From assembly GCA_963833985.1 (NCBI GenBank), contig CAWIAD010000002.1, positions 5,632,001 to 5,696,000 on the forward strand: DNA of 64,000 nt. Direction: 5' to 3'. Below the pieces are notes generated by a model that was given only the letters and a program-made list of their open reading frames with translations, searched no databases and had not been told where the DNA came from. The DNA comes from an uncultured Planctomycetaceae bacterium. Lineage in GTDB: Bacteria > Planctomycetota > Planctomycetia > Isosphaerales > Isosphaeraceae. Below, piece after piece: positions 29,980-40,559 of this stretch; position 1 is the first letter of the stretch, and each line of letters opens with the position of its first letter. The position numbers and the translations under genes were made by a program.

Positions 29980-30135
29980 CGCCATTTCGGCAGTTGCCGA
30001 ACTGTCGGCATTTCCGGTTCGGCACCCCACCTCCATCCTCGCCCTTATCTCGTCCAGACCAATTCATAGGTCGTTCTACAAGAGCGACTTGCGCGGTGAG
30101 GCGCGAGTCGGTGGCATTTCGGTACGGCCTCTGCT
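29980..30135 (+). promoter_or_regulatory. Enhancer-like palindrome plus sigma54 (-24/-12) promoter
   Basis: TGCCGA-ACTG-TCGGCA (29995-30010) and related CGCCATTTCGGCA; CGGTACGGCCTCTGC with GG(30121)-N10-GC(30133). Confidence 0.6.
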
Positions 30136-30195
30136 TTAGAGGCAATACCGTTGAAATAGCGTTCACTCGAAGGGGGTAAGAGGTTTGCGAGAGAC

Positions 30196-30324
30196 TTGTT
30201 CCCACGCTCTGCGTGGGAACAACGGTCAGGCCGCTCTGCGTCCGTTGGATCTCCCAGCCTGAGCACGGGCCCGATCGACGCGGAGCGTCGCAGACGGCAT
30301 TCCCACGCGGAGCGTGGGAACGAG
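30196..30324. repeat. REP doublet (REPIN-like) of the TTCCCACGC...GCGTGGGAA family
   Basis: TTGTTCCCACGCTCTGCGTGGGAACAA (30196-30222) and inverted CATTCCCACGCGGAGCGTGGGAACGAG (30298-30324), inner GACGCGGAGCGTC. Confidence 0.8.
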
Positions 30325-30456
30325 GAACAAACCTCTGCTCACAATCAACGTATCACTATATCAACGGAATTGGTTCTAGAGGCAAGTCGGAATGGGCAAG
30401 AGCGGCGGTGGAGATCACCACCGACGATCGCCAGGGCCCTTGCGAGGGAGGCAGCG

Positions 30457-30756
30457 ATGCTGCGAATCACGGTCGACGATCAGCCGCGGACCGTCACCTT
30501 TCAACTCGAAGGGAGCGTGACGGGGACATTATCAAGCGTGCTGGAGGAGTGCTGGCAGGAGACCCTGGCCCGTCAGAGCAAACCCATGGTTCTCATCGAC
30601 TTGACCGGGGTGACCTTCATTGACGCCGCGGGCCGGGCTTGCCTTGCGGCCATGCACCGTCAAGGGGCCGAGTTCATCGCCCCCGACTGCCTGACGAAAG
30701 CCACCGTGGCCGAGATCACCCAGACAACCGGTCCCGATCGCGGGCGTCCTGAGTGA
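30457..30756 (+). CDS. STAS-domain (anti-sigma antagonist-like) protein
   Basis: MLRIT..FQLEGSVTG..LEECW..IDLTGVTFIDAAG. Confidence 0.8.
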   Translation: MLRITVDDQPRTVTFQLEGSVTGTLSSVLEECWQETLARQSKPMVLIDLTGVTFIDAAGRACLAAMHRQGAEFIAPDCLTKATVAEITQTTGPDRGRPE

Positions 30757-30799
30757 CGCGCTTCTCGCGCCGTCGACCGACCAGAGGGGAAACATCAAC

Positions 30800-32413
30800 A
30801 TGGAAAGCACAGTTCACAGAAATTCCGACCTGACAGGTGAGGCACCGCGGACTCCCGCCGGGGCAACGGCGGAGGCACGGCACGGCTCAACTCCGCCATC
30901 GGCCGATGGGTCCGCCCATCCCGACCACCAGGCCGCGGAACCGGCAACGGATCTCAGCCCTGCCGCGCCGTCGCGGACGGCTGCGTCGCCATCGCGTCCG
31001 TGGCGAAAATGGCTGCTGCGGGTGGGGGCTGTCGCCGGCCTCGCGGTCGGGGGACATCTTCTGGCTCCCACGGTAGAGACGGCGCTGAACACGGTCTCCA
31101 CCGATGATGCCTACGTCAACGGGTACGTGACGCTCGTGGCGCCCCGGGTACCCGGCCAGGTGGCCCGGGTGCTGGTGCATGACAATTACCGCGTGCGGAA
31201 AGGGACCTTGCTGGTCCAGCTCGACAAGGAGCCGTACCAGGTTCAGGTGGATCTCAAGAAGGCGGCCGTGGTCAGCGCCGAGGCCGACCTCAAGGCCGCC
31301 GAGGCCGTGGTCCGGGCCAACCTGGGGCAGTCCCGCAGCTTGCGGTGGAAGCTTCAGACGGCCATCGAGAAGGTCGATGACCAGGTCGCCCTCTTGCGGG
31401 CGCGGGTGGCGGCCCTGAAGAGCAAGCAAGCGAGCTTCGATCGCGCACGGGCCGATTTCAAACGGGCCGAGGGGCTCTACAGCCGACAAACAATCGCGCG
31501 ACAGGAATTCGACCAGTATCGCGAGGCCGATCGGACGGCTGAAGCCGCGGTGCAGCAGGCCCTGGAAGAAGTCCATGAGGCACGAGTTGCCCTCGGTCTT
31601 CCGCCGCAGCCCGAGACGGGAGAACTGTCCGACGTGCCACCCGACCTCAATCAGACCTTCTCCGGCGTCCGCGAGGCGCTCGCCGCGCTGGTCCAGTCGC
31701 TGGCCCAGGTCGGCGTACCCCCGCCGTCCATCCATCGAACGCCCAGGGAGGCGCTCGACGAGTTCACGCGCCGCGACAAGGACAAGAATCTGGACCGGAT
31801 CCTGGAGCGGCTCGTGCCCGAATCGCCGGCGGTCCGGCAGGCCGAGGCCAAGCTGCTCCAGGCCCGGCGCGACCTCGCCCAGGCGGAGCTGAACCTGCGC
31901 TACTGCGACATCACGAGCGAGATCGACGGCGTCGTGACCAGCCGCAACGTCAACCCCGGCAACAACGTCCTCCCGGGGCAGGCCTTGATGGCAGTGCGCT
32001 CGCTCGCCGAGGTCTGGATCGACGCCAACTTCAAGGAGACCCAACTGGCGGACCTGCGGATCGGCCAGCGGGTGCGCTGCGAGGTTGATATGTACGGCGG
32101 CCGGAGGGAGTTCGAGGGCCGCATCACCGGCTTCACCATGGGGACCGGACAGACCCTGTCGCTGCTCCCGGCGCAGAACGCCACGGGCAACTTCGTGAAG
32201 ATCATCCAGCGGCTGCCGGTCCGCATCGAGCTGACCGACTACGACCCGGACAAGGCCCCTCTCTTCGTCGGCCTCTCGGTCGTCCCCTACGTGTACTACA
32301 AGGAACGGCCGACGGGGCCCCACGCCGGGGCGGTCCTGCAACCATCGGTCCCTCTGCCGACGGGCCCGGCTGACGCCACGGCCTCAGCCGCGGCGAGCGA
32401 AACCCGAAAGTAA
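30800..32413 (+). CDS. HlyD/EmrA family membrane fusion protein
   Basis: STDDAYVNG, VWIDANFKETQL, LLPAQNATGNFVKIIQRLPVRI. Confidence 0.95.
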   Translation: MESTVHRNSDLTGEAPRTPAGATAEARHGSTPPSADGSAHPDHQAAEPATDLSPAAPSRTAASPSRPWRKWLLRVGAVAGLAVGGHLLAPTVETALNTVSTDDAYVNGYVTLVAPRVPGQVARVLVHDNYRVRKGTLLVQLDKEPYQVQVDLKKAAVVSAEADLKAAEAVVRANLGQSRSLRWKLQTAIEKVDDQVALLRARVAALKSKQASFDRARADFKRAEGLYSRQTIARQEFDQYREADRTAEAAVQQALEEVHEARVALGLPPQPETGELSDVPPDLNQTFSGVREALAALVQSLAQVGVPPPSIHRTPREALDEFTRRDKDKNLDRILERLVPESPAVRQAEAKLLQARRDLAQAELNLRYCDITSEIDGVVTSRNVNPGNNVLPGQALMAVRSLAEVWIDANFKETQLADLRIGQRVRCEVDMYGGRREFEGRITGFTMGTGQTLSLLPAQNATGNFVKIIQRLPVRIELTDYDPDKAPLFVGLSVVPYVYYKERPTGPHAGAVLQPSVPLPTGPADATASAAASETRK

Positions 32414-32433
32414 GCAAGTCAGGGCTTATTGAA

Positions 32434-32940
32434 GTGGAGTTCCCTCATATGCTCATGCTCTTCATGGTCGCGGCCGTCCTGCTCTTCGGCAGCCTGCTGG
32501 TCTACGGGACGGCGATCCACCTGATTGTGCGCGTGGCGGTGGCGCTGATCCGAAGTCGTTCCAGCGACCTGGGATTCTGGAAGAGTACCGCGGTCATGGC
32601 GGTGGTTACGGCAATCACGGCGGCCGCGCACCTGACCCAGATCGCCTTCTGGGCGCTGGCCTTGCTTCTGTGCGGGCAGGTCTCGACCCTGGAGGCGGCA
32701 TTCTATTTTTCCGCCCAGAATTTCACTTCTCTGGGCTATGGCGACGTCCTGCTGTCCGAAGGGTGGCGGTTACTCGGCCCCCTCGAGGCCGTCAACGGCC
32801 TCCTGTTCTTTGGACTGTCAACGGCCGTGTTGTTCGCGATCATGAGCCAGATGATCGCCCATCGCCTGCACACCGAAACCGGATACAAGGGCGAGGCCGC
32901 CGGAAACCAGGCGCCTCGTTCGGCGGCCGGCGCCGCGTGA
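32434..32940 (+). CDS. Potassium channel-type pore domain protein (ion channel 2 family)
   Basis: AFYFSAQNFTSLGYGD, WRLLGPLEAVNGLL. Confidence 0.85.
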   Translation: MEFPHMLMLFMVAAVLLFGSLLVYGTAIHLIVRVAVALIRSRSSDLGFWKSTAVMAVVTAITAAAHLTQIAFWALALLLCGQVSTLEAAFYFSAQNFTSLGYGDVLLSEGWRLLGPLEAVNGLLFFGLSTAVLFAIMSQMIAHRLHTETGYKGEAAGNQAPRSAAGAA

Positions 32941-32999
32941 TCGAGATTAGCATACGAATTCTTATCAAGAGGACATTGGTCCGCCGCGGAGAACTCGTG

Positions 33000-34610
33000 A
33001 TGAGCAGCGTAGCCCTCGCCCCGGCCGCCGTCGGCCGCCCGGCGGTCAACCCCTGGTTCGTCGCCACGGCCGTGGTCATCCCCACGTTCATGGAGATCCT
33101 CGACACCACGATCGCCACCGCCTCGATGCGCTACATCGCCGGCGGCCTGTCGGCGACGATGAACGACAGCGACTGGGTCATGACCAGCTACCTGGCGGCC
33201 AACGCCACCATCCTGCCGATCACCGGTTGGCTCTCGGCCCGCCTGGGCCGCCGCAGGTACTTCCTCCTCTCCATCGCCGTCTTCACCGCCTCCTCGGTCC
33301 TCTGCGGCCTGGCGACCAGCCTTGAGCAGTTGATCCTCTTCCGGGTGATCCAGGGCCTGGCCGGCGGCGGGCTCCAGCCGGCCAGCCAGGGGATCCTCAT
33401 CGACGGCTTCCCGCCCGAAAAGCAGGGCACGGCCATGACGGTGTTCGGCGTGGCCGGGCTGACCGCCCCGGTCATCGGCCCGACCCTCGGCGGCTACATC
33501 ACCGTCAACTTCAACTGGAGGTGGATCTTCCTGATCAACCTCCCGATCGGCGTCCTTGGATACCTGATGTGCCACTTCGCGGTCGAGGACCCCAAATACC
33601 TCAAGGAGGAGCGGGCGGAGCTGAGGAAGAAGCCGCTCAACTTCGACACCATCGGCCTGGGGCTGCTCGCCCTGATGATGACTAGCTGGGAAGTCCTGCT
33701 CAGCAAGGGGCAGGAGTGGGACTGGTACAACGACCCCTTCTACAAGGCCCAGACGCTGGCCGTGCTGTTCGTCGTCTGCCTGGGCGCCCTGGTCTTCCGG
33801 GAGCTGAGGATCGCCCACCCGGTGGTCAACTTCCGGCCGCTGGCCGAGCGTAACCTCGCGGCCTCCAGCGTCATCATCTTCTGTGCCTACGGAGTCCTCT
33901 ACGGCGCCAGCGTGACCCTGCCGTCCCTGCTCCAGTCCCTGTTCGGCTACGACGCCTTCGTCTCCGGGCTGGTGATGTCGCCCTCCGGCGTCTTCTCCAT
34001 CCTGGTGATGCTGGTCGTCGGCGTCCTCCTGGGCCGGGGCAGCGACGCGCGCTGGCTGATCGCCGCGGGCCTGCTTGTCATGGCGGCCGGGTGCTACTGG
34101 ATGGCGAGGATGAACCTGTACATCAGCCCGGGGCAGGTAATCTGGCCGCGGGTGGTGTTGATCTGTGGCCTGTCGTTGCTCTTCGCCCCGATCAACGTGG
34201 CGGCCTTCCGGTACACTCCCGCCCACCTGCGCGGGGCCGCGGTCGGCCTGTTCGCCCTGCTCCGCAACGAGGGGGGCAGCGTCGGCATGTCGATCAACAA
34301 GATCATCGAGCAGCGCCGCGAGCAGTTCCACCTGGCGCGCGTGGGCGAGAACCTCGGGCCTCTGAACACGCACGTGCAGTCCTTCTTCAATCGAAGTCAA
34401 GCCTACTTCATGCAGCAGACGGGTGATCCGGCCCGGTCGCAGCAGATGACACTTCAGACGCTGGACAATCTGCGCCAGCAGCAGGCCATCTCCCTGTCCT
34501 ACTTCGATGTCTTCTGGCTGTTCGCCGTGCTGAGCCTGGGGCTCGTGCTCCTCGTACTGCTGATGAAGCGCTCCGTGGCTGAGAAGGGAGAGTTGATCGG
34601 GGGCGAGTAG
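33000..34610 (+). CDS. DHA2 family MFS efflux permease (EmrB-like)
   Basis: FMEILDTTIA, WVMTSYL, FRVIQGLAGG, APVIGPTLGG, WRWIFLINLP, LRNEGGSVG. Confidence 0.95.
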   Translation: MSSVALAPAAVGRPAVNPWFVATAVVIPTFMEILDTTIATASMRYIAGGLSATMNDSDWVMTSYLAANATILPITGWLSARLGRRRYFLLSIAVFTASSVLCGLATSLEQLILFRVIQGLAGGGLQPASQGILIDGFPPEKQGTAMTVFGVAGLTAPVIGPTLGGYITVNFNWRWIFLINLPIGVLGYLMCHFAVEDPKYLKEERAELRKKPLNFDTIGLGLLALMMTSWEVLLSKGQEWDWYNDPFYKAQTLAVLFVVCLGALVFRELRIAHPVVNFRPLAERNLAASSVIIFCAYGVLYGASVTLPSLLQSLFGYDAFVSGLVMSPSGVFSILVMLVVGVLLGRGSDARWLIAAGLLVMAAGCYWMARMNLYISPGQVIWPRVVLICGLSLLFAPINVAAFRYTPAHLRGAAVGLFALLRNEGGSVGMSINKIIEQRREQFHLARVGENLGPLNTHVQSFFNRSQAYFMQQTGDPARSQQMTLQTLDNLRQQQAISLSYFDVFWLFAVLSLGLVLLVLLMKRSVAEKGELIGGE

Positions 34611-34691
34611 GGAAGGCCCGAGCCGCGTCCGAAGCGGGTTTTACCGACTGCCCGGTCGGAGGCCGTCCCGCCAACCGGGTTGGCCGGTAAC

Positions 34692-34790
34692 TCCGCGTCT
34701 CTGGAGGCAATGACGGGGCAGATCTACGTGGCGATCGTGATCGCCCGGCTCGTCGCCCTGCATGCGGCAGCGACGCCACGCGGCGGGGTG
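34692..34790 (+). pseudogene. 3' fragment of a second ion-channel gene
   Basis: ASLEAMTGQIYVAIVIARLVAL resembles the inner helix of K+ channel family; no pore region or start. Confidence 0.55.
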
Positions 34791-34813
34791 CCCGGAGAGG
34801 TCCAATCACGACG

Positions 34814-35044
34814 TTGCTCCAGGGCCCTGTCGCCGAGGCTGAGAAGCTGCCCGTTGCCGATCAGGACGCCATCGCGGCCCGGCTGCTCGCCGAGATTGAG
34901 GACGAACGGCAGTGGAGCGCGCGTTTTGTGGCTACGACCGACGCCCAGTGGGACCGCCTGGTTTCCAAGGTACGCCGCGCCATCGCGGCCGAGCGTACTC
35001 AGCCCCTCGATGAAATCATTCCGCCCGGGGAGGCCCCGGAGTGA
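34814..35044 (+). CDS. Putative antitoxin (start likely damaged)
   Basis: AEAEKLPVADQDAIAARLLAEIEDERQW resembles small proteins preceding RelE/ParE-like toxins; GTGA overlap with next gene. Confidence 0.6.
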   Translation: MLQGPVAEAEKLPVADQDAIAARLLAEIEDERQWSARFVATTDAQWDRLVSKVRRAIAAERTQPLDEIIPPGEAPE

Positions 35045-35286
35045 GGTCGGTGACGACCGACGAGTTCCGCGACCGTCTCAACAGACTCCCCGTTGCGGCG
35101 CGACAACAGGCGTTTCGCGCCTATGCCCTCTGGCGTGTTGAACCGCACTATCCAGGCCTTCAGTTCAAGTGAGTCAGCCAGCGGCACCCTGTCGACTCGG
35201 CGCGAGTCGGACCAGGACATCGCACTCTGGGGCTCTGGGAAGGTGACAAGATCACCTGTTTCTGGATCGTGTCTCATGCCGAATAG
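35041..35286 (+). pseudogene. RelE/ParE-like toxin pseudogene
   Basis: VRSVTTDEFRDRLNRLP..YALWRVEPHYPGLQFK-TGA(35170)-..SARVG..FWIVSHAE-TAG(35284). Confidence 0.7.
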
Positions 35287-35403
35287 GAAGTTGCCTTCGG
35301 CGCGTCCAGCCGTCCCTCGGGCTCCCTCATTCAAACGAATCGAACCCGAGGAACGACGGCTGGCCGCGGGGGTCCCTGGCTCCCCACGGTCCGCTGGGTC
35401 CCG

Positions 35404-35886
35404 TCAGGGCTTCGGTGTCGTGGACGTCGACGTGTCAGGCGCCGACACGGAAGAAGCGCGGATCGTGAGCTGGTCGACCACCCTGGTGATTCCCACGGTG
35501 TCCTCGGCCAGCTCGACGGCCTTCAGCTTCGCCTTGGCGTCGGGCACGGCACCCCGCAGGGTCGCGACGCCGTTCTTGACGTCAAGATCGAGCGAGCTAC
35601 CGGTGAGACTCTTGTCCCAGTGCAAGCGGCCGTAGACGCGCGACGCAACGTCCATGTTGTGAACGGAAGCGCGGGCTTTGTCGTACTGTTCGCGGACCGT
35701 GTCCCCCGCATTGTTCAGCCCGCGCTTGATGGACCGTCCCAGGTCATCGAGCTTCGAGCCGGCCTTCTCACCGGGCCCCTGCTCCTGCGGTTGCTGTTGC
35801 TGCTGCGCCCATGCGACGCCAACGCCCAGCCCACCAGCCAGCGCCAGTAGCTCGGCGGCAATCATCCCACGAAATCGTGTCATCAT
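35404..35886 (-). CDS. BON domain protein with signal peptide
   Basis: RVYGRLHWDK..GVATLRGAVP..KAVELAEDTVGITRVVDQL. Confidence 0.9.
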   Translation of the reverse strand: MMTRFRGMIAAELLALAGGLGVGVAWAQQQQQPQEQGPGEKAGSKLDDLGRSIKRGLNNAGDTVREQYDKARASVHNMDVASRVYGRLHWDKSLTGSSLDLDVKNGVATLRGAVPDAKAKLKAVELAEDTVGITRVVDQLTIRASSVSAPDTSTSTTPKP

Positions 35887-36067
35887 GTCAACTCCCTGGT
35901 TTCATACAGAATGACTATCCTCTAATCTCCTTTCCCGGAATTCTGAATGGACGCAAATCCGGGACCATTCGCCGCCACGTCATTGATGTCACGGCACGGG
36001 ACGCTATCTCGTCGCTTCCAGTGACAGGTCGTTCAAGATGGTAAGACGCGAATGGAGGGAGGTCGTC

Positions 36068-36240
36068 ATGCTTCGCTGGTTCTTGTTCAGGCAAGTGATT
36101 GCATTCGATCGTGCATATGCATACGATTCGGCATACGTGCGCGAGATCGTGGATGCGGACCTCGATGCGGCGCTCCGCTTTTCTCGGGTCATGGGCCTGA
36201 CCAAATACCGTAAAGGGGTACCGGCGGATGCCTGTTGCAG
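36068..36240 (+). pseudogene. 5' fragment of a hypothetical (AhpD/CMD-like) gene
   Basis: GGAGG RBS; MLRWFLFRQVIAFDRAYAYDSAYVREIVDAD..YRKGVPA, then coding character is lost. Confidence 0.45.
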
Positions 36241-36334
36241 CATGCTCCGGAGGCCGGCTCCTTGCGCGAACAGGCCGTCTCAACCTGGGGGCGGAAAGGG
36301 CTCATCTCGCTGGCATTCGCCGTTCCGACCCGGA

Positions 36335-36660
36335 CGGCCGACGTGCAGTCGCTGACTCCACTGCTGGCCGAGGACGCGGTCTTGCGGTCGGATGGAGGTG
36401 GGAAGAAAGCGGCTGCGCTGGTGCCGATCGTGGGGAGCGCAAGATCGCGCGCTTCTTCAAGGCGCTGGCGAGCAAGGCGGACCTGGCCGGGAACTCTCGT
36501 TACCATCTGGCGCGCATCAATGGCCACCCCGGTTACGTGGTCACCGAGCCCGACGGTTCCCTGATGACCGTTGCCTTCGAATTCTCCGACGCGCGCATCG
36601 TTACCATTCACATCGTGCGCAACCCGCACAAGCTGAGGCACCTGAATGCGTCGTCCTGGC
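36335..36660 (+). pseudogene. C-terminal SnoaL-like fragment of a SigJ/ECF41 sigma factor
   Basis: LLAEDAVLRSDGGGK, INGHPG, IHIVRNPHKLRHL; sigma core absent; frameshift ~36440. Confidence 0.75.
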
Positions 36661-36673
36661 ACGAAGACCGAGA

Positions 36674-38687
36674 CTACCGCGATGCCGCCATCACGTAAGA
36701 CACCGACACCATTTCCGGCTGGGCGCCGGTGCGGATCGTGTATTTCATGGGCAGCCTGGTGATCGTCTCGCTGTGCGACTTCGCCTGGCCGTCCTCGGTC
36801 CAGCGGTGGACGACGCGGAAGGGGCGAACGGGCTGGGCCGCGAGCGGGTCGCGGTAGTCGGCATCAACCCGAAAGCTCTGCACCCCGGCCGTGTTGTTGC
36901 CGCTGAGCTCGAACCGGAGCAGAGCGTGACGCGTCCCTCTGGGCCAGTCACCCACGCGGAAGTGTCCGGTACGGCCCTGGGTCGGGCCTCTCATATCGGC
37001 GATCGTACGCCAGGTCTTGCCGCCGTCGCTGCTGGCGACGATATGGACCAGGTCCTTCTCGCTCCGCGCCCGGATCTGGGCGCTGAAGCCCAGCGAGACG
37101 AGGTCGCCGGGCACGTCGACCGGCACCGTCATCCGCCCCGTTCCTCCCTGCCACCAGCACGCATCGTTGCGCAGGCTGACGTTATCGAACCTCAGGCCCA
37201 TCGTGCTGCTCGTCTCGTTCTTGTTGAAGCTTGCATCCGGTGTGATCCGGCAGGCGATCGATCGGGTCGCAATCGTCGGGTCGCGGTCGGCCGCCACGGT
37301 GATCGTGGTCGATCCCTTCCCCAGCCAGGGAAGCGTCCGGGGCGAATGCTGGATGTCGTTCTCGATCTCGAGCGCGTCCAGGCCCGCCTCTCCGGCGAGC
37401 TCGATCCTGATCCAGCAGGCATAGCGTCGGAAGATTTTTTCTTTCAGGTCGATGGCCAGCTCCTCGGGTTTCGTGATGGACCCGGACCAGAGCGAGGTGA
37501 ACGTGCGGGCGTTGTTCGTGGAGATCGATACGTTCAGGCGATCCTCGCTCGAACGGCCCACGGCCCTGAGCCTGAGCTTGCCGCCAAGGTACACGTACGG
37601 TGAGGTCATGGGAATCACCGCAACGCCGCTCTTGCCGGGCTCCCGGACGTGCAGCGCCGGCGTACCGGAGCGACGGACCGCGAGGTTGTCGTGGATCTCG
37701 GTCCCGAGAGCCAGGTCGCCGGCCTTCAGGTTCGGCGCGTAGCGATGCGTGCCGTTGCCGACCACGCCTCCGCGATAGCCGGGAAAGTAGTCCCTGAGGT
37801 AAACGAGGTCGTTCTCGCCAGCGCGAGCACTGAGCCCGTCCCAGCCTGGGTCGGTCTCCATGTTGACGTGCAGGCCGCGGTTGCCGGCGTCGCGCACCAG
37901 CGATTCACCAGGGCGAAGTGAGAACAGAGCCGCGGAAGCCGGCCTGGTAGCCGTACTCGTAAACCTCGCTCTTGCGATCATACTCGACCATGGTGCCGTC
38001 CCAGCCGTGGGTCCGGGCGGGGAAGTAACCGGCGCGTTAAAAGGGGCAATTGGCCAGCAAGGCAGGGCCGGCGGATTTCCAGCCCGACCAGCCATCCTTG
38101 CGCATCAGCTCGAGCAGCCTGGCGCCGTTCTTCTGGTAGCCGGGATGCTGGGCGTACCAGCCGGCCAGCGCGGCGGAGACCTCATCGACGGCGGCCGCGA
38201 CACCATCGGCGGGCCTCGGAAAGTAGTTGATCAGCGAGCCGTCGAACATGTGCCAGCCGTTCCGGTACCAGACCTCGGGCACGCTGTGGCCGTTGAGGAT
38301 TCGGCCTCGCGTCTCGCGTCCATCCTCGCGATTGAGCGCCTCGACCAGCGCCGAGCAGCAGCAGCACATGCAATAGCCGTAAACATTGAAGATCTTCACG
38401 GGATCATGGGCTTCCCAGTCGCCCGCCAGGTACTCATTCGGAGGCGCGGTCTGATAGCGATATTTCACGACGGCCCGCCACAGCGCCTCGGCCCGCTGCT
38501 GGTCAGACATCCCCGGCTTGACGAAGGAATGGACGACGTTCTCCACGGTCGTGACATCGTCGATCTGGTCGGAGAGCACCTTCAACTGGTTCACCCGACC
38601 GCCCGGTTCGCGCGGGGATCGTGACTGGGCCAGAGCGATTGGTGTGATGATCGGAAAGAGGGCCGCGAGCAGGAGGGCGGGTCGCAT
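36674..38687 (-). CDS. Secreted transglutaminase-like protein (in-frame TAA 38037-38039, frameshift ~37932)
   Basis: Signal peptide; YGYCMCCCCS, GHSVPEVWY, WHMFD (Cys-His-Asp spacing); frame continues RAGYFPARTHGWDG after TAA. Confidence 0.6.
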
Positions 38688-38804
38688 GGCAGGCCTCGGG
38701 TGGGGATGAGGGTGGCTGCGGAGGGCGGGTCGTTGCTGGCTTCAAGTTTGCCGCGCCGGCACAGGGCGTTCAATGCATTGAGTGTCCGCTCACGGCCAGG
38801 CCCG

Positions 38805-40559
38805 CTACGGCTGCACGGTGCGGGGGCCATAATGCGGCAGTTCGTCTCCCAGTTCGTAGGCGCCCAGGTCGGGGCGCTGGCCACGAAAGCCGTCGTTCCA
38901 GCCGGGGAGCACCTCACCGGCATCGACGGCCCGCGATCGAGGTGCGAGCCGAAGGTCGGTCGATGCCTCGGACATCCGCGCCACATCCCCGGGGGGCTGG
39001 ACACCCGAAGCGAAGAGCCCACGTGTGTCCAGCAGCAGCGCGTGGCGGAGCACGGGAGCACGGATCTGGACGTCTGAGAGCGTACCGTAACGAACCCCGT
39101 TCCAGCGCAGCAAGATCTCGTACGGGCCGCCGGCGAAGCCATCGTAGTCGAAGTCGCAAGCTTTCATGGGCGCCGTGAAATCCATGCCGTAGCGCGCCTG
39201 CGTGCCCACATAGAGGTTGTTGCGGCTGACGCTGTGCCGCACGGCATCGGACGTGCCAAGCTGCGCCGGCGTTCCGTTCTTGACTGACGTGTTGTGGAAG
39301 ATCAGGCAGCCCGAGGGGCTGTTATGCAGCTTGAATGGCTCGGCACCCACGTTGTACATGGCGTTGCGAAAGACATAGACCGGCCCGCCGTAAACGGGTT
39401 GCATGGAGATCCCCTGGAACACGTTGGTGAGCCGGTTGTGAAAGCAGCGGGTGTTCCGCTCGGAGTAGTCCAGCTCGATGCCGTCGTCCGTCAGCTCGCT
39501 GAGGTCGTTGTTGTGGATATCGTTCGCGGCGCAGATGCGCGAGGGGAAGGTGTCGATCGCGTCGGCGAAGCCTCGAATCCGGTTATAGCAGACCACGTGC
39601 CCCTGGCCCGAGATCTGGATGCCGCGTGCGTTTTCAATGCCTTTCGTTCGGGGCCAGGTCGAGGGGCCCTCGATGAGGTTATCGGCGATGAAGTGGTCCT
39701 GCGACATTCCTTCCGTATTGCGAGTCGCCGTGATGCCGTATTCGACGAGGTGGAAGCGGCAGCGGCGGACGACGATCCGGACGGCGTCGTGAAAGACCAG
39801 ACCGTACGTCGCGTTCCGGACGGTGAGGTCCTCGAACCAGACATCGTGCGTGCCCGACGCGGCGATTCCCTGGCCCGGGCGTTCGCTTGCATGGCCCTGG
39901 GCGTCGAGCAGCGTTGCAGCCGCTCCCTGCCCGCGCCAGACGATGGGCCGGCCGGGCACTCCGCTCCGGCGGACGGTCCAGGTTCCCTCGTAGACACCGG
40001 CGGAAACGAGAAACAGGTCGCCGGGCTCCGCGGCCTTGCCGGCGGCTGCCAGGCCGCGAAACGGATCGTTCTGCGACCCGGATCCGCCTCCCGAGCCGGG
40101 GACGACATGGCGGACCCGTGCGGAGGCCGTGAGCCGCGGCTCACACCGGGTCGACGCGTGCAGCATCCGGGTGGCCCGGCCCCCGTCGGGGTCCTCCAGC
40201 GTGAGCCGAAGCTCATGGGAGGTATCCGGCTCGAGGAACAACACACTGCCTGCAAACAGCCAGCCGCCGTCGGGAACCAGCAGCGCACTGCCGCGCTCTT
40301 CCATGAGATGAGCCCGGTGCTCGACGCGGAAGAGCCGCGCACCGCGGTGCCAGGCCGATGAACCCGCCTTGCGATATTCCAGCGTGATGAAGGCGTTCTG
40401 GTTGTCATCGCCCTCGATCGTCCAGGACACGCCCAGCGCGTGCAGCGTGGGCCGCTCCAGGCGCGGCTCGCCCATCGGCCGGGAACGCTCCGCAGCCAGC
40501 GCGGGGAGTCCGGGCACCAGAAGGATCGCGACCAGGATGGAGCGCCTTGGAAGTCTCAT
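38805..40559 (-). CDS. Secreted right-handed beta-helix protein with N-terminal FN3-like domain
   Basis: PTLHALG..GDDNQNA..FAGSVLFLEPDT; AEPGD..GVY; DDGIELD; C-terminal PDLGAYE. Confidence 0.75.
   Translation of the reverse strand: MRLPRRSILVAILLVPGLPALAAERSRPMGEPRLERPTLHALGVSWTIEGDDNQNAFITLEYRKAGSSAWHRGARLFRVEHRAHLMEERGSALLVPDGGWLFAGSVLFLEPDTSHELRLTLEDPDGGRATRMLHASTRCEPRLTASARVRHVVPGSGGGSGSQNDPFRGLAAAGKAAEPGDLFLVSAGVYEGTWTVRRSGVPGRPIVWRGQGAAATLLDAQGHASERPGQGIAASGTHDVWFEDLTVRNATYGLVFHDAVRIVVRRCRFHLVEYGITATRNTEGMSQDHFIADNLIEGPSTWPRTKGIENARGIQISGQGHVVCYNRIRGFADAIDTFPSRICAANDIHNNDLSELTDDGIELDYSERNTRCFHNRLTNVFQGISMQPVYGGPVYVFRNAMYNVGAEPFKLHNSPSGCLIFHNTSVKNGTPAQLGTSDAVRHSVSRNNLYVGTQARYGMDFTAPMKACDFDYDGFAGGPYEILLRWNGVRYGTLSDVQIRAPVLRHALLLDTRGLFASGVQPPGDVARMSEASTDLRLAPRSRAVDAGEVLPGWNDGFRGQRPDLGAYELGDELPHYGPRTVQP

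Noticed and set aside
35170..35172. In-frame TGA in toxin as a second selenocysteine
   Set aside because: Not in a Cys/redox motif, no SECIS-like hairpin seen, and a second stop (TAG) follows
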